Of a stretch of DNA of 64,000 nucleotides, positions 27,500-40,998 are shown one piece after another. The position numbers and the translations under genes are program-made. The DNA comes from Octopus sinensis. Taxonomy: Eukaryota. How positions within the stretch are numbered: position 1 is the stretch's first letter; every line of letters starts with the position of its first letter. The notes below the pieces were generated by a model. That model was not told the DNA's origin and made no database searches. It was given only the letters and a program-made list of their open reading frames with translations. Where the stretch lies: contig NC_043001.1 of NCBI RefSeq assembly GCF_006345805.1, forward strand, positions 36,208,001 through 36,272,000. The letters are read 5' to 3'.

Positions 27500-27889
27500 C
27501 TAGCAGTATCGCCCGGCGTTGCTCGGGTTTGTTTCGACTCTTTAGAATTAGAATTTTTGAAAAGTAAAAATTTTGCTTTATGTAGCTTGTTATTCTCTTT
27601 AAGTGAACATTTTTCTGGTTGAAATACACCCAAAAATGGCGACACAGCAGTCAAAAAATCGTAAGAAATAGAGATTTTCATACAAAAAAAGCACCTTTTT
27701 GATGTAAATAATTTTTGGTCTTAACATGGTCTGATTTGAATTTTTTCTTCTACGGAATGAAGAGCAAGCCTTCTTATATCATACTCTCAATTTTGGTCAA
27801 CTTGCGCCGCAGGGTGTCGGAGGAGATAGTGTTAGTTGAAGGCTACCAAACCTGCCACACACGGACAGCTTCAGCTTTATATATATAGA
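27500..27889 (-). mobile_element. Non-autonomous Helitron (third copy)
   Basis: Minus-strand 5' TC, 3' hairpin plus CTAG, A|T insertion site. Confidence 0.92.
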
Positions 27890-27944
27890 TTTTTAATGGT
27901 TTCTATTTTTCTCTTTTTTCGCCGCTGAATACCTACTCACTCTC

Positions 27945-28348
27945 TCTTTTACTTGTTTCAGTCATTTGACTGCGGCCATGCTGGAGCACCGCCTGTAGTC
28001 GAGCGAATCGACCCCAGGACTTATTCTGTGTAAGCCTGGTACTTATTCTATAAGTCTCTTTTGCCGAACCGCTAAGTTTCGGGGATATAAACACACCAGC
28101 ATCGGTTGTCAAGAGATGTTGGGGGGACAAACACAGACACACAAACATATACACACGCATGCATATATATATATATACATATATACGACGGGCTTCTTTC
28201 AGTTTCCGTCTACCTAATCCACTCACAAGGCTTTGGTCGGCTTGAGGCCATAGTAGAAGACACTTGCCCAAGGTGTCACGCAGTGGGACTGAACCGGGAA
28301 CCATGTGGTCGGTAAGCAAGCTACTTACCACACAGCCACTCATGCGCC
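27945..28348 (-). mobile_element. SINE family A, full length
   Basis: Reverse complement matches 25021-25430 end to end. Confidence 0.92.
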
Positions 28349-28624
28349 ACTGTTTACTTCTAACACCATCAGCATCTTTGCAGTGAGCAACTGTCAGTGT
28401 GTCTGGATTATTGTTATTCGTCGATATTTACATAAGTAAACAACAAAAGCATTAATGTACGGCAGGAGCATCGAAGTAATTTCCACCACCAGTGGTTCAT
28501 TATCAACACATGTGAATGAATATGAAAGAGCTAAAAAGCGGATCGACAAAAGGTTGGTACAAAATAATCTTCACAAAATTCGATGAACATCATGTCTATC
28601 AAGGAAGATGGACTGGTGTGCACA

Positions 28625-28662
<38 letters not shown>

Positions 28663-28703
28663 AAATACTACTACTACTACTACTACTAATAATAATAATA
28701 ATA

Positions 28704-28762
<59 letters not shown>

Positions 28763-28808
28763 AATAATAATGATAATAATAATAATAATGATGATGATGA
28801 TGATGATG

Positions 28809-28866
<58 letters not shown>

Positions 28867-28868
28867 AT

Positions 28869-29393
28869 GATATGGTACCAGGCACTGTCTCCCGTGGCTT
28901 CTGATTTTAACTGATTAGAAGTGTTATGCTACAGCAAATATTCTGCTCGATACCACAGATTTGTTTGTCAGTTGATTGACTTTAACTAATTGAGCATGTC
29001 CCTCAGAGGTTGACTATATGTGCATTTCTAATCACGAGCAGAAGTAGTGGTGGTAGTGGTGGGGCATCATAACTAATGTGTTGAGTAGACTTCTTTGGGG
29101 TTTGAATAATTCACCTCTGGAAACATGGGTGATTCGTTCAACATCCTTAGACAACCCTTATTCAGGGACCTTTTGAGCGGGATGGGCTACTCGATCTGGA
29201 GAAAATTCTAACTGGGCCCCACCTGCAAGGTCATGCGCTGTTTATCTTGATATGAGATCACCAGGTCGCGCAGATATTGTTGTGATGCATGTGCCTAGTG
29301 TACCCTTATCAGACGGGTAGTCATGATGGGTATATTAGGCTTCGTATATTTTACCCCAGTGTCACTTTGATGGCATGCACTGCTCTCTCACTC
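28869..29393. repeat. 525-bp non-coding repeat unit embedded in (AAT/GAT)n, copy 1
   Basis: Runs gatatggtaccaggc...gcatgcactgctctctcactc between (AAT)n tracts; nearly identical to 30020-30550. Confidence 0.85.
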
Positions 29394-29403
29394 AATAATA
29401 ATA

Positions 29404-29438
<35 letters not shown>

Positions 29439-29486
29439 TAATAATAATAATAATAATGATAATAATATAATATAATAATGATGATG

Positions 29487-29520
<34 letters not shown>

Positions 29521-29546
29521 TAAATAATAATAATATGATGATGATG

Positions 29547-29638
<92 letters not shown>

Positions 29639-29643
29639 TGATG

Positions 29644-29706
<63 letters not shown>

Positions 29707-29714
29707 TAATGATG

Positions 29715-29762
<48 letters not shown>

Positions 29763-29876
29763 TAATAATGATAATAAATAATAATGATGATAATGATGAT
29801 GATGATGATGATGATGATGGTGATGATGATGGTGATGATGATGATGATGATGATGAGATGATGATTGATGATGATG

Positions 29877-29913
<37 letters not shown>

Positions 29914-29959
29914 AATAATAATGATAATAATAATAATAATGATGATGATGATGATGATG

Positions 29960-30017
<58 letters not shown>

Positions 30018-30019
30018 AT

Positions 30020-30550
30020 GATATGGTACCAGGCACTGTCTCCCGTGGCTTCTGATTTTAACTGATTAGAAGTGTTAGTGTTATGCTACAGCAAATATTC
30101 TGCTCGATACCACAGATTTGTTTGTCAGTTGATTGACTTTAACTAATTGAGCATGTCCCTCAGAGGTTGACTATATGTGCATTTCTAATCACGAGCAGAA
30201 GTAGTGGTGGTAGTGGTGGGGCATCATAACTAATGTGTTGAGTAGACTTCTTTGGGGTTTGAATAATTCACCTCTGGAAACATGGGTGATTCGTTCAACA
30301 TCCTTAGACAACCCTTATTCAGGGACCTTTTGAGCGGGATGGGCTACTCGATCTGGAGAAAATTCTAACTGGGCCCCACCTGCTAGGTCATGCGCTGTTT
30401 ATCTTGATATGAGATCACCAGGTCGCGCAGATATTGTTGCGATGCATGTGCCTAGTGTACCCTTATCAGACGGGTAGTCATGATGGGTATATTAGGCTTC
30501 GTATATTTTACCCCAGTGTCACTTTGATGGCATGCACTGCTCTCTCACTC
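30020..30550. repeat. 531-bp non-coding repeat unit embedded in (AAT/GAT)n, copy 2
   Basis: The differences from copy 1 that I found are a 6-bp agtgtt duplication and two substitutions. Confidence 0.85.
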
Positions 30551-30597
<47 letters not shown>

Positions 30598-30648
30598 TAA
30601 TAATAATATAATAATATGATAATAATAATAATAATAATAATGATGATG

Positions 30649-30682
<34 letters not shown>

Positions 30683-30710
30683 TATAATAATAATAATAAT
30701 GATGATGATA

Positions 30711-30769
<59 letters not shown>

Positions 30770-31006
30770 TATAATAATAATGATAATAATAATAATAATA
30801 ATAATGATGATGATAATAATAATAATAATAATAATAATAATATAATAATAATAATGATAATAATAATATAATAATAATAATGATGATGATAATAATAATA
30901 ATAATAATAATAATATATAATAATAATATAATAATAATAATGATAATAATAATAATAATGATGATAATGATGATGATGATGATGATGATGATGGTGATGA
31001 TGATGG

Positions 31007-31060
<54 letters not shown>

Positions 31061-31061
<1 letters not shown>

Positions 31062-31256
31062 ATTGTTTTCAATTTTGGCAAAAGGCCAGCAATTTCGGGG
31101 GTTGTGGGGTGGCGGGGACAGCCGATTACAACGACCCCCGAATTGATGAAAGCAAAGTCGATCTCGGGGGAATTTGAACTCAACGTAAAGACAGACGAAA
31201 TGCCGCTAAGCATTTTGTCCAGTGCGATAACGATTCTGCTCCAGATCGCCGCCTTA
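31061..31256 (-). mobile_element. SINE family B (degenerate)
   Basis: Reverse complement has the aaggcggcgatctggagcagaatcgtt head and the ccttttgccaaaattgaaaac tail. Confidence 0.75.
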
Positions 31257-31384
31257 TTGCTTTTATTATTACTGCTATTATTACCACAGGACCGACAGCT
31301 ACTGCTACCGCTTCGGACATTATCATTGTCAGTATTAATATGATATAGTCCCTTTGATATATGCTAGTACCAGCATTTGAAATA

Positions 31385-31617
31385 TTAGACTAAATCTGGC
31401 AGAATCGTTAGCACGCTGGGCGAAATGCGTAGCCGTATTTCATCTGCCGTTACGTTCTGAGTTCAAATTCCGCCGAGGTCGACTTTGCCTTTCATCCTTT
31501 CGGGGTCGATAAATGAAGTAGCAGTTGCACACTGGGGTCGATATAATCGACTTAATCCGTTTTTCTGTCCTTGTTTGTCCCCTTTGTGTTTAGCCCCTTG
31601 TGGGCAGTAAAGAAATA
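31385..31617 (+). mobile_element. SINE family B
   Basis: ctggcagaatcgttagcacg...ttctgagttcaaattccgccgaggtcgactttgcctttcatcctttcggggtcgataa...gccccttgtgggcagtaaagaaata. Confidence 0.9.
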
Positions 31618-31619
31618 CA

Positions 31620-32300
31620 TGGAGAAATCAGCGACTTAGACATCAGGGCTAGGAAGATACTAGCAATGACCAGTAACTTTCACATCAACAGTGACACTGA
31701 CAAGATGGGAGTTAAATGGAATAATGGGTTGGGTAGAGGCTTAAGCTCAGTCCAGACTGCCTTTGGGTGCTGCATTGTGTCATTTAGACCAGTGGTTCCC
31801 AAACTATCTGATGTGGCGTACCGCAGTTTTTTTTTCCAATGTGCCAGGGACCGGTGATATTTCTTAATAATATAAATTTATACCGGAAAACATATATATA
31901 ATGAATATTATAAAAGTTGATAATTTTTTAAATCTTATATGTATTTTCTAAACAAATGATACAATATCACATAAGCATTTTGTAAGTATTTTATAATGTT
32001 TCTTTCTTTTCTGGAAACTCACCGCGTACCGGCAGTTGATGGTTCGCGGGCCACCACTTTGAGTAGCACTGATTTAGACAGCCCCTGAACAGTAAAGAGA
32101 GAAATGAAAGTAGTAGCAGTGAAAGTAGTAACATAATGAGATTGAGCAAAAAATTCCAGAGCAAGTACTCTGAGTCTACGGTAGCTCCATATGAACCAAG
32201 GCTGACTCGTCTCACCTACATATGCAGAGATTGGGAACACTTTTGCTATCGAAGCTATAGATTTTCATTTATTCTGCGTAACAACAGATCTGCATCGGGA
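31620..32300 (+). mobile_element. R4/Dong-type LINE fragment (RT thumb region) split by a hAT MITE
   Basis: EISDLDIRARKILAMTSNFHINSDTDK...GRGLSSV matches the R4/Dong motif EI..LD.KTRK.LTM...FH.NSD.DRLY..R..GGRGL.S. The frame resumes after the MITE. Confidence 0.65.
31790..32071. mobile_element. hAT-superfamily MITE with a perfect 8-bp TSD
   Basis: TIRs CAGTGGTTCCCAAA / TTTGAGTAGCACTG; TSD ATTTAGAC at 31782-31789 and 32072-32079. Confidence 0.95.
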
Positions 32301-33059
32301 CCTACGAAAATAACATGTCTGTGCAGGGACCTAGAAATCTTTGGGAGCTCCAGAAAAAAATGAAAACGCAAGCAGAGCAAACTGATTCGCATTCTTCAGA
32401 GACAATCGATCTAAGCAGTGAAAATTTGTAAAACATTTCAGGTATTCTCCATCTGAAATATCTGGGAAGTGCCTGGGTGAACATATGCACACAATCCTAT
32501 ATGTACATAGAATACATTTGAACGCGTGCATATAAATAGTAAGGAAACATGCATTTATATTATACAGTGCTAGCCATGCCCATGAGTGCAGGTTCATCTA
32601 CACACACTGACTCACAAAGTACATACGTACTTGGATACCTGGATTGGTTGATGAACGTCAACTAATCCAAAACGTCGCAAATCCCAATGGCGGCTGCGAT
32701 TTAGACAAACAATTTTTGCTTTGTCAGTAACAGGCTTGAATTCTTCGAAGGAAAGACAAAGCTTAAAAATAAGTCCAATACAAGCACACATACGCACGCA
32801 CATACACACACACGCACTTACACAGATACACACTCACACTGATTCACTCACATGCACACACACGTCATTTCAACTAGTTGTTCTGTACACGTAGCGTACA
32901 GTCGTATCTATGTGTAGAGAAAGAGCATGACCATTAACATCAACAGCATAAACAGGTATATGTATAGCTGTACCTTATTGTATGTATGTATGTATGTATG
33001 TATGTATGTATGTATGTATGTATGTATGTATGTATGTATGTATGTATGTCTATAAGTAT

Positions 33060-33582
33060 GTATATATGTATGTATGTTTGTATACATATATATGTGTGTG
33101 CATGCACGCAGTAATGCATGTATGCATGTATGTGTGTATGTGTGTGTGAGCGCGCGCACGCATGTATGTATGTCTATAAGTATGTATATATGTATGTTTG
33201 TATACATGTATATGTGTGTGTATGCACGCAGTTATGTATTATGGATGTATGTGTGTATGTGTGTGTGTGTGCGCGCACGCATGTATGTATGTCTATAAGT
33301 ATGTATATATGTATTTTTGTATACATGTATATGTGTGTGTATGCACGCAGTTATGTATGTGTGCGTGTATGTGTGTGTGCGCGCACGCCTGTATGTATGT
33401 TTGTATACATGTATATGTGTGTGTATGCACGCAGTTATGTATATATGTGCGTATGTATGTGTGCGCACGCATGTATGCATGTATGTATGTATGTTTGTAT
33501 ACATGTATGTGTGTATGTGTGTGTGTGCGCACGCATGTATGTATGTATGTATTTATGTATGTATGTATGTATGTATGTAAGC

Positions 33583-33600
<18 letters not shown>
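33060..33600. repeat. Degenerate minisatellite built from TG/TA repeats
   Basis: Recurrent tgtatacatgtatatgtgtgtgtatgcacgcagttatgta and gcgcacgcatgtatgtatgt blocks. Confidence 0.8.
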
Positions 33601-33615
<15 letters not shown>

Positions 33616-34295
33616 CGCACGCATGTCCGCAAGGATGTGCTACAAGTTTCGGACTGTTGTATGGCTTCATACCGTATCAAATTTTTTTAAAGGATTGTCA
33701 CTTTCTTATTATTCATTTTGTTTTCTTCTTCTTACTGTTGTTACTTAGCTACAGAAGCAAGCTATTCAAAATATAATTCTGGATCTATCTACTTAATGAA
33801 AAAAAAAAATAAATAAAGAGAAAAAAAAAAGAGTGAGAACGAAATAAACACCTCAATAGTGTTCCATATAAAAATCTCTCAAACCATGAATCACTCAGTG
33901 CAAAATCTACCTTATCTAACTATCAGTACATAAATATAGACACATGAATGAAAAGTATGTTGTATTAATATGAATATCAAGATCAACAGATGTGTAGATA
34001 CAGGCGAACAAACACATGCAGATAAGTGTGTGCAAATCTATCTACACGTACACACGCGTATATACATATGTATACGTACATTCATTGTGTGCGTGTGTAT
34101 GTGTGTGTGTGTATACATATATATATATATACATCCATGAAGTTTTGAGCCTGACTATGATATAAAAATATAACTGAAGTGTTCTTTTCGTACAGTTATG
34201 TTATTTTCAGCGTGATGGTTTTAGAATATTTGGAACACACTTCGTCTGTATGTTTTGACTGAACAGATACATTCATACCTACACACACGCACACA

Positions 34296-34370
<75 letters not shown>

Positions 34371-35409
34371 CATAGTAAGATCTTCTTTCCTTTGATATCT
34401 GCGTTTACAAGGCGATATTACAGCCGTTTCAATAATACTCTTCAGAATGTAAACATACTTGCAATCATAAACTATAAGCACACCGTGAAATGTAATCAAA
34501 TGTTTATATAAATATTTGATTACATTAAAATCATTGGGATCGTTCTGACTATTTTTGTCCTTGGAGATTCGTCAGATACAATGCACGCTTATTATGTTTC
34601 TATGGAGATACCGGTAGTTTATAGCTATTTATATCAAATACAAACGCAAACGAGCTGGAAATGACCATTCTAATTTTCATAACCAAACATTGGTTGGTAA
34701 CCTAGTTAATTTTCTAATTATGTACAACATTGAATATACTGGACAGTCTGATTTAATGCAGGTATATCAACTGTTTAAAAATTATAAATGTTTGGAGAAA
34801 TATTAGGAGTTTCTGCTGTCAAGCTATCCATCTTTCTACATAAAATGTAGAAAGGCCTTTAATGTAAGTACACCCCCGATAAATTAAAGGGAGACCACTT
34901 AATGTAATGTAACAGCTTGCATCAAGTTTCTGATTTCTATTTTAAATGTACTAATTGCATTTGTGAATAGATTTCGGCTTGAGACAGTTCGAGAAAGGAA
35001 GCGATATTCTCATGTCTCTAGCCAAGAGCGTCGTGAGTAGGAAAACAGGGTAACAGCACTCAGGGACTAGGTGGAGGTTGCTGTTGAGGGCGCATTAAAT
35101 GGTGTTGTCGAGATCCACCCGATTCAAGCATGCAGACACTTCCGTTTATGCCTTGGGTCTGCCAAGGCGATGAGAGAGATTTTACTAAATGAGTTTTTAC
35201 TTGTATTAAATTAAAATTGGGATATTTAAATCTGCTCCATTCATCTTACTTTTCTTTTTCTAATTTGTGTGTGTGGGAGGGGTAGTATTTCTTGCTGAAT
35301 TAAGGTACCATATATGAATATGTGTGTATGTGTGGGTGTCTGTGTCTATCTGCTTGTATGTATATGGATATGAACATATATGCCCACATATTTGCGTAGA
35401 TGCCTATAT

Positions 35410-35590
35410 ATATATATATAGTTGAAATTTAGAGAAAAGCAAAAGACGAAAACAGGTGTATGAACAACAAGCGTATTAGTTTGACACTCGGGAAAAATGA
35501 AAAAACTTTTATGTTTCGAGCTTATGCTCTTCAACAGTAAAGAATAAGAAACAATAAAAAGAGAATGAAAAATAACTTGAAGGGCCCAGC
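35410..35590 (-). mobile_element. PLE-type terminal repeat fragment with a variant hammerhead motif (35506-35542)
   Basis: cttta-CTGTTGA-a-GAGC(ataa)GCTC-GAAAC-ATA-aaag; the 3' part is shared with 39830-40012 and 46820-46980 and ends aactat plus (AT)n. Confidence 0.7.
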
Positions 35591-35660
35591 ATGGTATATA
35601 TATATATATATACACAAATCAATAAATGGTGGGGTTGTGTTGGCCGCACGTGGAGAAATG

Positions 35661-36655
35661 ATAGGAGAGGAAAAATCATAAAAAGGCAGAATGCTAAATT
35701 GAAGGTAAATTTTAATAAAAATGGGTGTATGGAAAATTAAAAAATTAATAACTCTAACCGGTTTTCATCGTAAAGCAAATTTTCAAGATTTGAAGGGTGA
35801 AAAGAAATACTTTCAAACAAGGAACAACTTTAAAATCAAGACCAACTTTTCCTGTTCCTCCGAGAACCTCATCTACGTTCTCACATGCGCCGGTTGCCAA
35901 CACAATTATGTTGGTCAAACGAGCCTCCCTTTACGTAAAAGAGTAGCGGTCCATAAGGAACAGATAAATCTCCCAGAATACCGTCAAATTCCTCTAAGTA
36001 GCCACATAGACTCGTGCGCTAGACACAAAAATCCTAAATTTCACATATTCCCCTTCTACCAATGTAAAGACGGAATCACTACTCAAGAAAGAATCAACAA
36101 GGAGAATCTTTTTATTGAAAAATTCCAAACGCATCTTAATATGCCAACTCCACGATGACCATACTCCTTTTTTCTAACATCCTATCTGACAAAAGATTGA
36201 TAATCCCAATTGAAGAGCATAAAATCCATAGAGTTGTGTCCCCTTACTCACAGGAACTGGATAACTCCTACCCCATTTCCTGTTTTGACATTCATTTAAC
36301 TATCACCTTAAACTAAGCACCTCGTTTAATCTCATGGATCTTAATCCACCAAAGAAATTTTTCCAAGGACTCTTAATGAACTCAAAAAACATAAAGACTC
36401 TATAAAGTATCGGTATACTTATTTTAAAAATTTTTGAATGTTTATTATTATTTTTTTTGAAAAAACATTGTAAATTTCTTTTTTTCCCTTCCTCAATTTA
36501 AAAAAAATTTCTTTTCACCTTTCAAATTTTGAAAATTTGCTTTGCGATGAAAACCGCTTAGAGTTATTATTTTTAAAATTTTCCATACATCCATTTTTAT
36601 TAAAATTTACCTTCAATTTAGCATTCTGCCTTTTTATTAATTTTTCCTTTCCTAT
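35661..36655 (+). mobile_element. 5'-truncated Penelope-like retroelement: open GIY-YIG endonuclease segment (about 35809-36158) bracketed by about 150-bp inverted repeats
   Basis: FKIKTNFSCSSENLIYVLTCAGCQHNYVGQTSLPLRKRVAVH...ERINKENLFIEKF shows IY...YVG, R and E GIY-YIG motifs with CxxC. The arms 35661-35808 and 36507-36655 are reverse complements. Confidence 0.9.
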
Positions 36656-36669
36656 ATATATACATATAT

Positions 36670-36742
<73 letters not shown>

Positions 36743-36744
36743 TA

Positions 36745-36973
36745 TGCATGTATGTATTTATATACACATACGCAAAAATTTATTTACATACACCCACAGG
36801 TATGTATGTATTAATGCATGCATGTTTTTGTATGCATTTATGAACGTATACTTGTAAGAAACCTCATATTTTAGATAATTGTATAGATAAGACACGTTCA
36901 TGTATACATACGCAGTAATATATGTGTGTGTATGCGTGTGTGTGTGGCATGTTTCTCTGTGTGTGTATAGCTC

Positions 36974-37006
<33 letters not shown>

Positions 37007-37024
37007 TGTATGTATGTATGTATG

Positions 37025-37098
<74 letters not shown>

Positions 37099-37440
37099 AT
37101 ATGCATGTATGTATTTATATACACATACACAAAATTTTATTTACATACACCCACAGGTATGTATGTATTAATGCATGCATGTTTTTGTATGCATTTATAA
37201 ACGTATACTTGTAAGAAACCTCATATTTTAGATAATTGTATAGATAAGACACGTTCATGTATACATACGCAGTAATATATGTGTGTGTATGCGTGTGTGT
37301 GTGGCATGTTTCTCTGTGTGTGTATAGCTCATATATGTATGTATGTATGTATGTATGTAGTATGTATGTATGTATGTATGTATGTTTGTATGTATGTTTG
37401 TATGTATGTATGTATGTATGTATGTATGTGTATATATATA
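36745..37440. repeat. Local tandem duplication, two units of about 357 bp
   Basis: cacccacaggtatg...aagaaacctcatattttagataattg...gcatgtttctctgtg occurs twice (about 36790 and 37149). Confidence 0.95.
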
Positions 37441-37687
37441 TATATATATATCTATATACTTCATACGACATAATATATAGATATATATATATATATATAT
37501 ATATATTTGTCCTTTCGTATATGTTGGTATATGTAAATATATAGCTACAAAGCTACAGTAAATATGAATATTTATACGTGCATATTTACATACGAATGTA
37601 TGCTTACAAATACAGAAACATGTATGTACGTATGTGTGTATATATGTATATATGGATGGATGGATAGATGAATGGATGAGTGTGTAC

Positions 37688-37720
<33 letters not shown>

Positions 37721-37953
37721 CACGTGCGTGTGTTTGTGTATTGTGTAGTGTAAAAGAGCTAACTCCGTATCTCACAGTGTGCCGCCAAGTCACTTCATCA
37801 AATAGGTACAACACATTTGAAAAGCATGGTCTCTGAATTTCATTGACGGCCCAAACTTGCATTGATAAGAAAAACATGAAATGGAAATCAGATTGATGAA
37901 CAAGAAAGTGTTGGCAACATCTTTCAATAAGGGGATACCTCATAATATCATAG

Positions 37954-37998
<45 letters not shown>

Positions 37999-38241
37999 TG
38001 TGTGTGTACAATACGTTGCTTTCAGCTAAATTTGCAGGCAAGATTTACTTAATGTTTTCATCAATCAAATTTGCTGGAGTGAGAAAAAGTGGCATGTATG
38101 GAATTTTACCTCATATCTAGAATTGAGAGGAATTTGTGCGCAAACTACGCCAAACAAGGCAGAAGGGAAGCAATACATAATGTCTTACACGCGCACAAAC
38201 ACACTCACATCACACACATATATATTCACTCACACACACAC

Positions 38242-38276
<35 letters not shown>

Positions 38277-38918
38277 ATTCCTACATAAATACAAATATAC
38301 AAGTAAATATGTGTGCGTATATAAACATGAATCCACACACACACACATATATATGTACGTACGTATGTATATACGTATATTTGTATATATTTATTTATAT
38401 ATATATACATACATGTCTGTGTGCGTATGTATGTATGTATATAAATATATATGTATATATATAATTATATATACATGCAAATACACATATAATCATATGT
38501 ATACATTTATATATATATATAGATATATATAAGTGTAGTAGTGTATATGTATAATATAGACGTATGTATATGTTTATATGATATAATGTAATATATATAT
38601 ATACATGCGCATACATACATATACATATACAACATACATACATACATACATACATACATACATACATACATACATACATGCATACATATATACATACATA
38701 CATACAGACGTACATACATACATATATACATACATACATGCATGCATACATACATACATACATACATACATGCATACATACATACATACATACATACATC
38801 ATACATACAGACGCTACATACATACATACATACATACATACATACATACATACATACATACATACATACATGCATACATACATACATACATACATACATA
38901 CATACATACATACATACA

Positions 38919-38952
<34 letters not shown>

Positions 38953-39339
38953 CATACATACGTGCACACAAACAAACACATTTATCACTCAGATGCCAGG
39001 ATTAATAGACAGAAACACACAAATACACAAACACATACAAACATAAAGCAAGCTAAAATACATACAATGATTGCTACTAATAAATGCATACGCACTTTTA
39101 CACCCAGGTACATAGACATATGTATGTATATTAGTTTATTCGCACTCATTCCCCTTAAAATCTCTCACCAAATATTTGTACATTGTCATCGGATTATGTA
39201 GATTCTTGCATGTGTGCACATCTATCTCAATGTACATATGTACATCTGCTCATATCCGATTCCAACGACATTTGTGTATAAGCTTATACGTGTGTGTAAT
39301 AGTGTGTGGATACAAAAATGTATTCTATGCTTCAGGGCG

Positions 39340-39375
<36 letters not shown>

Positions 39376-39499
39376 CTCTGTGTGTTTATGCGTGTATATA
39401 TATATATAATATATATATAAATATAATATATATTATGTATATATATATGTATATATATATATATTTATATATAATATACATATTATATATATATATATG

Positions 39500-39537
<38 letters not shown>

Positions 39538-39562
39538 ATATATATATATATATATATATATA

Positions 39563-39611
<49 letters not shown>

Positions 39612-39829
39612 CTATATACATATATATATATATGTATATATATATATGAATATTTGTATGTATATGTATGCATGTGTTAGGTTTTCTCTCAAGCGTAGTA
39701 CTGCACTTATATTAAATTTCAAATATCACACATTCGCGTATGTGAAGATACATATATATGTGTGTGTATGTATCATCATCATCATCATCATCATCTTCAT
39801 GCTGAACCATTAATCCTTACACATTTTTT

Positions 39830-40009
39830 CTCTCCCTGTCGTGTTTATTCACTCTCTCTCTCTCCAGTTTTCCCCCTCCACCCTTTCTGTCGAACGAAGA
39901 GCGTAGGATCGAAACGTCAAAGAATTTTCCATTCTTCCCGAGCGTCAAACTAATACACTTGCTTGTTGTTCTCTCGCCTGTTTCGTCTTTTGTTTTCTCT
40001 AAACTTGAA

Positions 40010-40012
<3 letters not shown>
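39830..40012 (+). mobile_element. PLE-type terminal repeat fragment with a degenerate variant hammerhead (39883-39922)
   Basis: cttt-CTGTCGA-acgaa-GAGC(gtag)GATC-GAAAC-GTC-aaag; family tail aaactaatacacttg...cttgaactat followed by (GT)n. Confidence 0.65.
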
Positions 40013-40047
<35 letters not shown>

Positions 40048-40201
40048 ATTTGTGTTTGTGTATGTGCTTGTGTTTGTGTGTGTGTGTTTGTGTGTATCTG
40101 TGTGTGTGTGTGCGTTTTTGTGCATGCATGTGTATATATATATATGTATGTATACACAAACTGGTTCACGTAGGCATACATATGTTCGTATATATTTTTC
40201 T

Positions 40202-40346
40202 TATTTCTTTATTGCCCACAAGGCGCTAAACATACAGGGGACAAACAAGGACAGACAAAGGGATTTAGTCGATTAGATCGACCCCAGTGCGTAACTGGTA
40301 CTTAATTTATCGACCCCGAAAGGATGAAAGGCAAAGTCGACCTCGG
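40202..40346 (-). mobile_element. SINE family B, 3' half
   Basis: tatttctttattgcccacaag...cgaccccgaaaggatgaaaggcaaagtcgacctcgg. Confidence 0.85.
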
Positions 40347-40763
40347 CGACTTTGCCTTTCGTATACATGTTTCTACTTTGTAGTTACATATATATTTATT
40401 GATGCACGCACATCGTTACACATAGACGTCTATATTCTTGGAAAAACAAAACTTATATTCTTTTTCTAATGAGAACAACTCTATTCTATTTAATTCATGT
40501 CATGTAGCAGCTGCATTAATTATCGTTTCTCTTCGTAATGGAACGCCTCCTGATCCTGACCTCAGTCGAAAATACCTTGTATTTAAAAGAGAAAAACGTT
40601 TACCTAGTCTTTTACAATGCAAGGAGCACAATGTTTAAGTCTTTGATCATATTTCCAAGCATTTCTGTTTTTTTTTTTAATTTCGAAGTGATTGAGTACA
40701 GACCAGACACTTGCACTGAGATGGTATATACTTAAAATTTAATCCAAAATATGAAGTAACATA

Positions 40764-40998
40764 TATTTCTTTACTGCCCACAAGGGGCTAAACACAGAGG
40801 GGACAAACAAGGATAGACAAACGAATTAAGTCGATTACATCGACCCCAGTGCGTAACTGGTACTTAATTTATCGACCCCGAAAGGATGAAAGACAAAGTC
40901 GACCTCGGCAGAATTTGTACTCAGAACGTAACGGCAGACGAAATACGGCTACGCATTTCGCCCGGCGTGCTAACGTTTCTGCAAGCTCGCCGCCTTAT
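40764..40998 (-). mobile_element. SINE family B, full length, with a perfect 14-bp TSD
   Basis: TATGAAGTAACATA at 40750-40763 and 40999-41012. Confidence 0.95.
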
